This document shows positions 21,616 to 32,550 of a DNA stretch of 64,000 nt, one piece after another (position 1 is the first letter of the stretch; every line of letters begins with the position of its first letter). The notes beneath the pieces were generated by a model, which had not been told where the DNA came from, did not search any database, and saw only the letters and a list, made by a program, of their open reading frames with translations. This DNA is from the human T2T-CHM13v2.0 reference genome, Homo sapiens. The translations under genes and the position numbers were made by a program. The stretch lies in the NCBI RefSeq assembly GCF_009914755.1, contig NC_060925.1; one strand, given 5' to 3'.

Positions 21616-23058
21616 TGTGTGTATATATATATATATATTTCAATGTAGGTTTAAAATATGAGAAAGGAAGAAGTAAATGTAAATGGTTGTTTATAGTTCT
21701 GAGAATTCAGGGCTTTAAAATTGAATTGGCAAAGGTTTGATTAAGATAGTTATTCCTAATAAGAATATAATTGATTTAGGATATAATATATTGGGTAGTG
21801 CTTTCAGAGGGGTATGTTCAAGGCGTTATATTAGTATTAGGGTGGAAATTTAGTTACTATATTTACTATATAAATTGGGGTTTAGTTTAGTAGAAGGGGT
21901 TTAAGATTTTTAGGAAAATTTACATAAATCGAGGGATAGCTGTTGGGGTATTTATAGTTAAAATAAAATTTTTGGGCTCTGACGGGTTGCGTTTTAGTCT
22001 CTTGTTTTTGGGGTTTGGCAAGAGTATATTTGTCTAGGTTAATAGCAAAGTTAGAGATGGGGGGAGGGGGGCTTGCAGATTTAATTGGAAGAAGTTCCTG
22101 AAAGTAAGCGTAGGTGCGTGAGCGTAGGTGCGTGAGCGTAGGTGAGCGTAGGTGCGTAAGCGTAAGTGCGTGAGAGAACCTGCTTGAAGGAACCTGCTTG
22201 AGGGAACCTGCTTGAGGGAACCTGTGTGAACCTACCTGCGTATTGATTAATCATTATGTCCTTCAAGCATGAATTAATTAACACCGTATGGTTGTTATGT
22301 GGGTTCGGAATATTCAATATAAGCTCAGCTTCTACAATTGATTTAAGTAGGAATCAAATCAGAGTACGTCTACAGAGGATTCAGAGGGGACCAGGCCTTC
22401 CGCGATGGTGAGTGATAGCATCCCCCAAAGTTAAAAATATCAAATGCGTGGCTATGCTCCCGTGACTGGTTAATAGGGTGATAATCACTAGTCCATCAAG
22501 ATGTCTTATTTAAGGGGCATATGTGGGCGATCTTAGGTTTATGGCCCTGAGTTAAGAACCAGATGCCAGGTATAGTTTCAGTATAGTCACCCCCAAGTTT
22601 TATGGGCCTGGAGCGAGGCGGGTAGCACTCCCGAGCAGGATACTGATTTCACGGAGGTTGGTAGATTAAGAGACCAAAATTTGGTAGGGGATATCCATGT
22701 TGACGAGGGATTTCTTGAATGAAATGCACTATGTCCAATGAACGAACGTACGCAGTATGTAATGTTAGGGATTTTTAGTATGGGTCAATATTTGTGAGGG
22801 GTAAGTTTGTATTGTACGGTCAATGGTTGTAATGTGCGATAGTTAATTAGGTAATTTCTATTACATGCTTATATGCATGTGGACTAGGTTTGCAATGTAC
22901 GTTAATTTATGAATGTACTATGTACAAGTAAGTAATTATAGTACTATATATTATTCATGGGGACTAGCAGTAATGCACGAAGTACATAAGAACACTAATG
23001 TATTAGTGCTAACTGATTAATACTGACACAGTAGTTAAAGTATGTGCTAAGTAAAGTT
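21616..23058 (-). promoter_or_regulatory. NUMT mitochondrial control region (~1.44 kb) with CSB1-3, central domain and ETAS
   Basis: CSB3 TGCCAAACCCCAAAAACAAGA (22000-22020), CSB2 C6TC6 (22059-22071), CSB1 TAATTCATGCTTGAAGGACATAA (~22253-22278), central domain 'aaataagacatc..gatggactag', and ETAS 'tatgtacttcgtgcattactgctagtccccatg'. Confidence 0.93.
22107..22232. repeat. Two adjacent 14-bp-period tandem arrays between CSB2 and CSB1
   Basis: About 5 copies of AGCGTAGGTGCGTG (one shortened) at 22107-22172, then about 3.5 copies of GAACCTGCTTGAGG at 22176-22232. Confidence 0.95.
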
Positions 23059-23126
23059 CAGGGAGTGGCTTAATTAGAATTTCAGCTTTGGATGTTGACA
23101 GTGAAGCGGGAATGGTTTTTCCCTGT
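23059..23126 (+). tRNA. MT-TP: NUMT mt-tRNA-Pro copy
   Basis: cagggagtggcttaattagaatttcagctttggatgttga...tttttccctg. Confidence 0.82.
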
Positions 23127-23128
23127 GT

Positions 23129-23197
23129 TGTCCTGGGGAGGGGGGTTCTCCATTTCTGGTATACAAGTCCAGAGTATTGTATTATACTACAAGGGAA
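23129..23197 (-). tRNA. MT-TT: NUMT mt-tRNA-Thr copy
   Basis: Reverse strand cccttgtagtataatacaatactctggacttgtataccagaaatggaga. Confidence 0.82.
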
Positions 23198-24315
23198 TTT
23201 TAATTTAAGTAGTGAGTGGTGTAAGTGTGAGAATGGGAGAGAAGTATATAATAGATGCTGCCTGCCCAATCGTAATAAAACGGTATTCGACTGGCTGTCC
23301 TCCGATTCATGTGAGTGTGAATAAGTCAGCCACTAGGATTCAGAATAGGCAGTGACTGAATGGCTGGAATATTACCCTTTGTTGTTTAGATGTGTGAAGT
23401 ATGGGAATAACTGCTAGAATGAGAATGGAAGATATGAGTTCTAATACGCCTCCTAATTTGTTAGGGATGGATCGTAAGATTGCGTATGCAAACAAAAAAT
23501 ATTCTGGCTTAATGTGGGGTGGGGTATTAAGGGGGTTGGCTAAAGTGTAATTATCTAGGTCACTCAGGAGATCAGGTGAAAATAGTACTAGAGTTGTTAG
23601 GAGGAGGAGGAGAAAAATTAAACCTAGAATGTCTTTGGTTGTGTAGTAGGGGATGAAAAGTGATTTTGTTGGGGTCTGATGAAATCCCTAAAGGGCTGTT
23701 AGATTCTGTTTCATGTAAAAATAAAAGGTGAACAGTTGCTAGAGCTGTAATGATGAAGGGTAAGATGAAATGAAAGGGGAAAAATCGTGTGAGGGTGGCT
23801 TTGTCAACTGAGAATCCACCTGAGATTCATTGTACAAGGTCGGTTCCAATATTTGGGATGGCTGATAATAGATTTGTAATTACTGTAGCACCTCAGAATG
23901 ATATTTAGCCTCATGGGAGTATGTAGCCTATGAATGCTGTTGCTATAGTGGTAAGAAGGAGTATAATGCCAATATTTCAGGTTTCTAAAAATAGGAATGA
24001 CCCGTAGTATAGGCCTCAGCCAATGTGTAAGAAAAAGCAGATGAAAAATATTGAGGCGCCGTTAGCATGAAAATAGCAGACCATTCAGCCATAATTTACA
24101 TCTCAGCTGATATGAGCAACTGACGAGAAAGTGGCTAGGGTAACTGATGTAGAGTGTATGGCCAGGAATAACTCTGTGATGATCTGGAGAATAAGGCAGG
24201 CACCAGTAAGTGAGCCAAAATTTCATTTTGTAGAGATGTTAGATGATGTAGGAAGATCAATAAATGCGTAGTTAATAATTTTTATTAGTGGGTGTGTTTT
24301 GCGGGTATTGGTCAT
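23198..24315 (-). pseudogene. MT-CYB: NUMT CYTB
   Basis: Begins ATG ACC AAT ACC CGC AAA ACA CAC CCA CTA and contains the PPHIKPE...[17 protein letters not shown] segment. It has indels and is about 20 nt short at the 3' end. Confidence 0.95.
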
Positions 24316-24319
24316 TGGT

Positions 24320-24384
24320 GTTTTTATAATTGAAAACGATGGTTTTTCATATCATTAGTCATGGTTATAATCCTTGTAGGAATA
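24320..24384 (+). tRNA. MT-TE: NUMT mt-tRNA-Glu copy
   Basis: gtttttataattgaaaacgatggtttttcatatcattagtcatggtt, anticodon TTC. Confidence 0.85.
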
Positions 24385-24906
24385 ATAGCATATGCTTTAT
24401 TTTTATTGAGTATTCTCTTAGTTATAGGGTTTGTAGGTTTTTCTTCAAAACCTCCTATTTATGGAGGCTTGAGTTTAATTATTAATGGTGCTGTGGGTTG
24501 TGGTATTGTGTTGAATTTTTGTGGGGCTTTCATGGGATTAATAGTCTTTTTGATTTATTTGGGTGGTATAATGGTTGTTTTTGGTTATACTGCGGTAATA
24601 GCTATTGAGGAATACCCGGAAACATGGGGATCAAGTATTGACATTTCAGGGGATTTATGATTAGGATTATTAATGGAGTTGATGTTGGTTTGGTGAATAG
24701 CTGAATACGATGGGGTTGTGATCACAATTAATTGTAATAGCTCAGGGAGTTGATTAATTTTTGAGGGGTAGGGGGAGGGGTTGTTGCATGAGGATCCTGT
24801 GGGTGTGGCTGCCTTGTATAGTTATGGATGTTGATTAGTGGTAGTTGCTGGTTGATCATTATTTGTTAGCATTTATGTCGCAATTGAAATTTCTCGGGAT
24901 AATAGA
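24385..24906 (+). pseudogene. MT-ND6: NUMT ND6
   Basis: ORF 24361..24660 gives YALFLLS...[15 protein letters not shown]...VVFGYT...[11 protein letters not shown]. Confidence 0.95.
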
Positions 24907-26713
24907 TTAGACTATTAACAATAGGGTTAGAGGGATGGAATAAAAAAGGAGAGAAAGTAGAGTTTAATTGGGCCTTTTTGAGTAGATATGGTAATGGAAG
25001 TTGAAACTTGGGTTTGTGAAATGGACTTTGGCTTTTGGTATGGACTTTTCTAGTCAAATTAGGTCTAGTAGAAGTAAAGCCAGATTTTGGTTTGTGAATA
25101 GGCTTGAGTGGGGGATTGAACGGTGAATTGTGAGTGAATAAAATCCTAGTATATTAGAGAAGTTGAATGTCTGTAATGGGAACCTTAGTTTAAGATTATT
25201 AGTTATGAGATTAAGCTCTATTGCTAGGAAGAGGCCTAGGGTGGTCACAGCTAGGGCTGTGAACTTTAGGTGAAGTGGTGTGGTTGTTTGGGGAGGTGAA
25301 ACAGGAATAATACTGTTGGTGATGAGGAATCCAGCGAAGATGCTACCGATTTTTAGGCACTTAGTTGGGTTAATTAGGAATGGATTATTTTCGTTAATAA
25401 TAGAGTTATGAAGCGAGGCTGTCCTATTAGAGTGAAGGATACAGATACTATAGACAGCTGTTAAGGAGGTGGCAATAAGAGTAATAGAAAGGGCTCAGGC
25501 GTTGGTATATGAGGTGTTTACGGTTTCAATAATAAGGTCTTTAGAGTAAAAGCCTGTGAGGAAAGGCATACCGGTAAGTGCAAGGCTACCAATAATAAAG
25601 GAGGAAGAAGTAAAAGGTAGAGTCTTGAATAGACCTCCTGTTTTTCAGATGTCTTGTTCTTCATTGAGGTTATGGATGATGGGCCCTGAACATACAAATA
25701 ATATAGCTTTAAAAAAGGCGTGGGTGCAGATGTGAAAGAATGCTAGGTGCAGCTGATTAATGCCAATTGTGGCTATCATAAGGCCCAACTGGCTTGAGGT
25801 GGAGAATGCTATGATTTTTAAAATATCATTTTGCATTAGAGCGCAGATTGCTGTAAATAAGGTAGTAGTAGCCCCTAGACAATAACGTGAAGGTTTGGGT
25901 TAATAGGTTATTTTCTATTAAAGGGTAGAAACAGATGAGCAGGAAAACACCTGCTACAACTACAGTGCTGGAGTGGAGCAGGGCTGAGACTGGGGCTGGG
26001 CCTTCTATGGCGGATGGGAGTCAGAGATGGAGGCTGAATTGAGCTGACTTTCCTGTGGCTGCTAAGAGAAGGCTCATTAATTGAAGGGGTCATGGGTGGG
26101 ATTTAGAATAAACCCTTGTTGAAGCTTTTCATGTGTTGGAGGTTAAGGGAAATCATGCTATAGCTAAAATAAAGCCAGTATCTCTGATGCAGTTATACAG
26201 AACTGTCTGGAGGGCTGCTGTATTAGCATCTGCTCGGCTGTACCATCAGCCAGTTAGTAAGAAAGACATGATTCCTATGCCTTCTTATCCCACAAAGCGT
26301 TGAAAGAGGTTGTTGGCGGTAACCAGAATTAATATTGTGATGAGGAAAATAAGTAAATATTTAAAAAATTGATTAATGTTAGGGTCTGAGTTTATGTATC
26401 ATATTGAGGATTCTACAATAGATCAGGTAACGAATAGTGCTACTGGGATAAATATGGTGGAAAAGTGGTCTCGTTTGAAGCTTAGTGAGAGTTTAATAAT
26501 TTGAATAGTTATTCAATGTCAGTTTGAGGTAAAGACTTGGTCTATACATATAAACATTGCTGTGGGGATGAGGCTAATGATGAAGGCGGCTGCGATAGAT
26601 ATTTTTACGTAATTTGGGTATGAACCTTTTTTGCAGGGATTAATTAAGGTGATAATGATTGGTAGGCTTAAGGGGATTGGGGTTATTATAGTAGTGGAAA
26701 TATACATATTTGT
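24890..26713 (-). pseudogene. MT-ND5: NUMT ND5
   Basis: ORF 25645..25836 gives [17 protein letters not shown]...[10 protein letters not shown]. Multiple frameshifts. Confidence 0.95.
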
Positions 26714-26782
26714 TACTTTTATTTGGAGTTACACTAATGTTTTTGGTTCCTAAGGCCAACGGATGACTAATCCTTTAAAAGT
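26714..26782 (-). tRNA. MT-TL2: NUMT mt-tRNA-Leu(CUN) copy
   Basis: Reverse strand acttttaaaggattagtcatccgttggccttaggaaccaaaaacattagtgtaactccaaataaaagta. Confidence 0.88.
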
Positions 26783-26841
26783 TGAGAAAGCCACGTTGTT
26801 AGGCATGGGGGCACGAGTTAGCAGTTCTTGCATACTTTCTT
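26783..26841 (-). tRNA. MT-TS2: NUMT mt-tRNA-Ser(AGY) copy
   Basis: Reverse strand agaaagtatgcaagaactgctaactcgtgcccccatgcctaacaacgtggctttctca. Confidence 0.88.
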
Positions 26842-26892
26842 GATTGATAAGAAGTTGTACGCTTCTATTATTAGATCCACAGTCTAATGTTT
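26842..26892 (-). tRNA. MT-TH: NUMT mt-tRNA-His, 5'-truncated (NUMT breakpoint)
   Basis: Reverse strand aaacattagactgtggatctaataatagaagc. Homology stops at ~26892. Confidence 0.8.
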
Positions 26893-27303
26893 GTGCTCGG
26901 TATCATACCATATTGTCTGGGAGAATATGATACGTGAAATGCTGTCCTTACCTGTAAGGATCCAGGTTTAAAAAATTATCATACATTAGTAAGTAGCCTG
27001 ATGTAGTATACATTTTAGTGTCTTATTGCAGTTGAAAAGATATGTTATTTATAAATACATCATTCACAATGTAAATCTTTTCTGTTAAAAGAAAGGAAAG
27101 TCAGGGAAGGCTTTGTGAAGGATGTAGATCTTGAGTCAAACAGATACATAACGATATACATAATAATAGACCATTTTAAAGGACATGGACTTAGAACTCT
27201 CAAAATAATTCCCAAAGTAAACCCTTAAGCCTATCATTTCAAGCCCTTCCAATTGATAACCACATTTTTTATTTGTGGCTTATGTTAATGAGTTAGTGGA
27301 ATT

Positions 27304-27307
27304 TATA

Positions 27308-27341
<34 letters not shown>

Positions 27342-27629
27342 TTTTTTTGAGCCGGAGTCTCATTCTGTCGCCCAGACTGGAGTGCAGTGGTGCGATCTCG
27401 GCTCACTGCCAGCTCTGCCTCCCAGGTTCATGCCATTCTCCTGCCTCAGCCTCTTGAGTAGCTGGGACTACAGGCGCCCGCCACCACGTCCGGCTAATTT
27501 TTTGTATTTTTAGTAGAGACGGGGTTTCACCGTGTTAGCCAAGATGGTCTCAATCTCCTGACCTCGTCATCCGCCTGCCTCGGCCTCCCAAAGTGCTGGG
27601 ATTACAGGCGTGAGCCACTGCGCCCGGCC
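27304..27629 (-). mobile_element. AluY-like element with a T-run and (TA)n tail
   Basis: AluY-type positions 'gccattctcctgcc' and 'tttcaccgtgttagcca.gatggtctc'. Many CpGs are retained. Confidence 0.95.
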
Positions 27630-28558
27630 AGTACTATATTTTTATATAGTTGGTTCTGGACATCATTATGTCTCGTTTATTAAAGTTGTCAACTTTTGAA
27701 AGTCAAAGCAGAAACTTTTTATTGTGTCCTAAAATTATGGATGCTTTGCCAGGCCTGAATAATGGTTCCAGTGCAAATTGTCTCTTCTGATAATCTCTTC
27801 TCATTGAGATTTCTTAGAAGGCAAAAGATTGTACTAGAGCTGCAGTTTAAGCCATTCACATTTCACCTGCTTCAATTCCTTCGCCTTTAATTCCAAATCA
27901 TTTTATTTCCTGCAGCCAAAACGAGTCTTTGAACTTTGCAGTCTTTAATCAGGAGATTCATTATTCCAGAAACATGCCTAGGTTTATGATTAAAATAAGT
28001 CAGGCTGCACATTTTTCATTTTTCCTGTAAGAACCCAGGCAGCAGGCAGTAAAGAATCTGTCAAAGGTTTGCTTCTTTTAACAAGTATGGAAGCCAGCCA
28101 CTTCAAGCCCTGAAGCTGTTAGAGGAATTCTAGGCGTAATGAGTTTATGCATTAAACTTTTTTTTTAAAGTACAGAAGGATTCTAGGCAAACTTTGGAAT
28201 CCTGCTGTTCTAATGGCTTCTCTCCCTACTTCAGTAGCTTTCAATTTTTTAAATTTGTGTCCATGTTACCTTGTGACTGAAGGGGACACATACACAAATA
28301 ACTGAAAGTAGAGTTTCATGATCTAACACCTTCATTCACTTCATGGGATATACTTGGTATTTTTTATATTCCTTTCTCTTGTAATAGGTTCATTTAAAAA
28401 ATGAAACTGATTTCACAATATACTAAAGGGTTGTGGCTTGCAACCTGAAAATGCTGCTCTGTAAGAACTCACAAGGTCCCTTCCAGGCTTCATGGTGTTA
28501 GAAGAACATTGAATCATTGTGCTAGGCGGGAGAAACGTCGGTCAGAAGTTGAAATTTA

Positions 28559-28572
28559 CCACTAGTTGGCAG
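28559..28572 (+). promoter_or_regulatory. Candidate CTCF site
   Basis: CCACTAGTTGGCAG, one mismatch to the core consensus. CpGs are retained just upstream. Confidence 0.45.
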
Positions 28573-30166
28573 CAAAAGAGTATCATAGCTTCCAGCCACA
28601 AAGGTAGGGATTTGGACAGGGCATTAGGAAGAAGAGGCAATGTAGGCATGTTGTTTCGTCCAAAGTCTCAAACCTTTGGCAGCGCTACAGATTTTAGCTC
28701 TCCAAAGGTCAAGAAGAACTCCCCTGGAAGATACGTGCTTCGGATCATGCCATGCAACATATCATTAGGCTTTTAAAAAAGTTATATTTCCTAAATCAGC
28801 TGGCTTTTATAACTTATTGCTAAGGGGGAGAATGCACGTAACAAAACAGTGAATATAATGTGATAATGTTTTGTGGAAAATAAATATATAGGCAAAGAAA
28901 CGTATGTGTGTGTGCCTGTACGATGCATATGTATTTTTTCTATTTTTTCTATTTTAATGAGAAAAATATTATTATTAAAACTACAGATATTTACATATTA
29001 CTCTAACTCAGTAAGCTAGGTCTAAGTTCTTAGCACTGTGTGACATTCTGTGGGGAATACAAAAAGAAGCCTCAATTGTCCAGATGGCGCTACTTCTCTG
29101 TCTTCAATAGAGATGCAACAAGGCGTAATGAAAAGAAGAACTAAGTTCTAGTACTGGTTTGGAATCTAGTCAGTTGTGAAGTGTTTAATATGTGGGCTCA
29201 CTCAACCGCTGACCTTGGTTGTGGATGGTGTGAGGTTGATCCTTTCCTATCCAATCCCCTCATGGTCATCAGCAGAAAGGCTGTACAGTCTTTCCAGGGG
29301 AAACCCAGAGCTTTCCATGGTTGGGCATTTTATCTTTAGTCATAAACTTAGGTAAAACTTAGTGGCACATGTGGAGTCAAATCTTGAACTTTGCCTCATT
29401 CTCCCCTTGTAATACCAATGAATTTAATGGCTCACACAGGATTTATGAGTTCGGAGTATCAGGTCTGTGTACAACTGGCTCAAATCACTGATCTTTCACT
29501 TTTGCTTACTTTAGTGTTAGAATCTGGGAAGGTTGTGCAGTGGAACCACTCACTTCAAAATATCAAAGCGTTTAAAAAACTGGGCTTAGCTGAATCTTAA
29601 CAGAGCAAATCTACTTTGCCCTCTGGTTTTTACATGCACCCTCTTATGACATTAGCTTCAGATGATTGGCATGGTGAGCAGCTACTAATATATTCTTGCC
29701 AAGTTACTATCTATTTAGGGAATCTTTAACACAGCTGTATGACACAAAACAAGTTAATGCCTCTGTTAAAGCCATTAGATGGGACTCGACAGTGTCTATC
29801 CAGAGAATCTTTCAGGCTATGCTGTTGATGTAATGCGCCATATTGGTTCCTTGTGTGTAGTCAGGGTTTATAATGCCAGTTTGTATATAGGAATCACATA
29901 ACATACTAATCCATGTGAGAAGAGTGACGACAGGTACTGATGAATCCCAGGAGCTTTGCTGAGTGCAAGTAGTCGATGTTTGACCAAGATGCACTTTAGG
30001 AAGGTGGCGATGTGTGAAACTGAAATGCTCTACACCTTTTCCCAGGCTGCCTTTTGACAACAGGAGTGTTTGGATCTCTTAGCCCTGTGTTCCTGTGGTG
30101 CTACACGTCTCCATATGCATGTTATTCCCTTTCTTGTGTTTGTGCTGACAACTGCTTCTTCATAGT

Positions 30167-30912
30167 CTTAGGGCTCAGAAAAGGATACCGCAAAATGAAT
30201 GCCTCAGAAACAAAAGTTTCTCTTTGAATTTCTCCTACCCTTCTGTCTCTGCTCCCTTCTGCTGCCCTGGGGCCAGCCATAGAAACTAGAATCTTTCCCC
30301 CAGGTAGGTCAGAGAAACCAGAACCCCTTTTACCCAAAATCAGCCATAAAACCGAAAAAATACTACTCCAACTTTCCTCCTGCCTTTCTGTGTTAAAAAA
30401 AAAAATGGCCATAAGGAAACTGTGTGACCTACCTTGTTTGACTGTAGGTCATCAGACCTCCCTCTCCACTCCAGAGAGGATCCTGCCCCATACCCAGAAG
30501 GAAGGATTGCACAGAGGCCAAGAAGAACAGAGACAGACAGGACTGGCTGGGTTCTCCACTCATTCTATTGCTAATAATAATAATGCTGAAGCATATATAT
30601 CCGCTCTACATTTTACAATTTATATATTATACCCCCTTTTAAATTTACATATTATACCTTTTGAAATTTATATATTATATCCTTTTTGTCCAAGCATATT
30701 TCAACACAGCTGTCCATACTTTGTTGAACCTAAGCACAAAAATGAACAGTTTCCGTTGTATCACTGGGTCTTCATTCTGAAGGCTCCCATTTCACATAAA
30801 ACTATGATTAAATACATTTGTGTGTCTTTTCTCCCATTATTCTGCCTTTTGTGGATTGATTTCTCCACAAAACTTCTGAGGGTAAAGAGGAAGTTTTTCA
30901 TTGGCCCCTACG
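30167..30912 (+). mobile_element. MER39-like ERV1 solo LTR
   Basis: Starts 'gggctcagaaaaggataccgcaaaatgaatgcctcagaaacaaaagtt' and ends 'gaagtttttcattggcccctac'. Confidence 0.8.
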
Positions 30913-32083
30913 ATGGCAATGGCCTTCACACATTTACAGCAGTTCCTGGGAGCATGCCTTGCATAGCCTTGAACATCCTTTAGGAAACTGCTATTTCTCC
31001 TTGTCCTCTGCACGAGGCCCTCTTCTGGAGAGGACTTCTGAGCTGAGTTGTGTCCTCTTGGCAGTGCCCACTGTCAGGCTTCTTGTCTGCTGTGTATGAT
31101 ACCATTGCTGTTTCTATTTATACTTAAACACATATTAATTTATTTACCTTCTCACCTTTGGGTGTTTATAGCAAAAATACACTTAATAAAATCATAAAGC
31201 ATGAATTAGAATGCAAATGTTATCACCAGAGAAATATGTTATGGTAGGAATTTAAAGCTACAAGGGTTACTTACTTTCTTTTGCAAGAATCTCTCATCTT
31301 TTTTATTTTGAATCTCTTTAGGATCTATCGCTATAGAGGTTCTATATAAAAGAACCTCTGATAGGTATAGAGGTTCTTGCCCTGCAAATGCACAAATGGA
31401 CATACATAGCAATTGTTGCCTACAATTTCAGGGGCTTCTTGGACTTTCTGAAGTCTCAGCGTTTATCAGTAGATATCTGTGAGACCCATGCTAAGATTGT
31501 TGTTTAAGACTTTCTTTTACTTATAGGATCTTAGCTGAGATAAGAAGGAGTTTTGTCACTTGGAGTATATGCCCCATCAGGAATATTCCTTAGGACAAAG
31601 AGTTACTGGTCCTAAAGAGGATGGAACTTTCATGCTATAGAATGTATTCAGTGACCCAGACCCAGATGAAAAGCAAATATCTTTCTTTGAACAAATATTT
31701 AAGTATGGCCTCTGATGAGTAATTTGCTGAATTGAGGCAGTGGTGCTTTACTTTTGAACCACAGTAGGGGTGATGGAGGACTATAAAGAGCTGAGTACTT
31801 ACAGAATATTGTGGCCTTTCTTCTTCCTATCCTTAATACACAGCAAATCCAGCCTTTGTCTCCTCCATGATTACTGATTTCCCTAAAGATGTTTTAATTT
31901 CATATCCTTCAAAATGCAACATTTTAAGATGAGGTTAAGAGAAAAGCCTTTCTTAGGTGGAAGAAAGAGAAACTCTGATTTCCTGTTCTCTCCTTGATCC
32001 CTTTTACACATTGTAAAGCAGAAGATAGAGTAAGAAGTGTTGAGATAGTGGAAAGATCAGGGGCTTGAATGAAAGAATTTGAT

Positions 32084-32156
32084 TTCTCTCTCTCTCTCTT
32101 ATTTTATTTTATTTTGTGTGTGTGTATGTATGTGTGTGTATGTATGTGTGTGTGTA
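32084..32156. repeat. (TC)n/(TTTTA)n/(TG)n(TATG) compound microsatellite derived from an Alu tail
   Basis: Directly visible in the sequence. Confidence 0.85.
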
Positions 32157-32550
32157 GAGATGGGGTCTTGCTCTGTCAACCAGGCTGGAGAGTAGTGGTG
32201 TGATCGTAGCTCACTGCAGCCTCAAACTCCTGGGCTCAGGGGTCTTCCCACCCGAGCCTTCCAAGTAGCTGGGACTACAGGTATGCGCCATTATGCCTGG
32301 CTAATTTAAAAAATAATTTTGGCCAGGCAGAGTGGCTCACACCTGTAATCCCAGAACTTTGGGAGGCCGAGGCAGGAGGATTGCTTGGGCCCAGGAGGTC
32401 AAGACCAGCCTAGGCAGCACAGGAAGGCCCTGTCTCAAAAAATTAAAATAAAATGAAAAAAAATTTATTTAAAGAGATAGGGTCTCTCTGTGTTGCGCAG
32501 GCTGGTCTTGAACTCCCGGGCTTAAGCGAAGCTCCCACCTCAGACTCCCA
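32157..32550 (-). mobile_element. AluJ-type dimer with a monomer inserted in its linker
   Basis: Right arm 32157-32305 (gctcactgcagcctcaaactcctgggctca) and left arm 32473-32550. Confidence 0.85.
32321..32470 (+). mobile_element. FLAM-C-like Alu monomer
   Basis: ggccaggcagagtggctcac...ggaggattgcttgggcccaggagg...ccctgtctc, then directly an A tail. Near-TSD aaaaataatttt / aaaatttattt. Confidence 0.85.

Larger units (their letters stand above)
15991..26892 (-). other. ~10.9 kb NUMT, colinear from tRNA-His through the control region to 5' COX1
   Basis: Vertebrate mtDNA gene order is recognisable throughout on the reverse strand. Many indels and substitutions, e.g. a 3-nt insertion in the 12S decoding-site motif AAGTC[ATA]GTAAC. 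Confidence 0.98.

Noticed and set aside
22107-22232. CRISPR-like array
   Set aside because: The units are directly tandem with no unique spacers, the context is eukaryotic, and there are no cas genes.
15991-26892. True mtDNA contamination or misassembly
   Set aside because: The sequence is heavily diverged from human mtDNA, with frameshifts, mutated anticodons and an insertion in the 12S decoding motif. It is an old nuclear copy.
30390-30983. 197-aa ORF
   Set aside because: It lies in a MER39-like LTR, crosses low-complexity AT sequence and has no recognisable domain.
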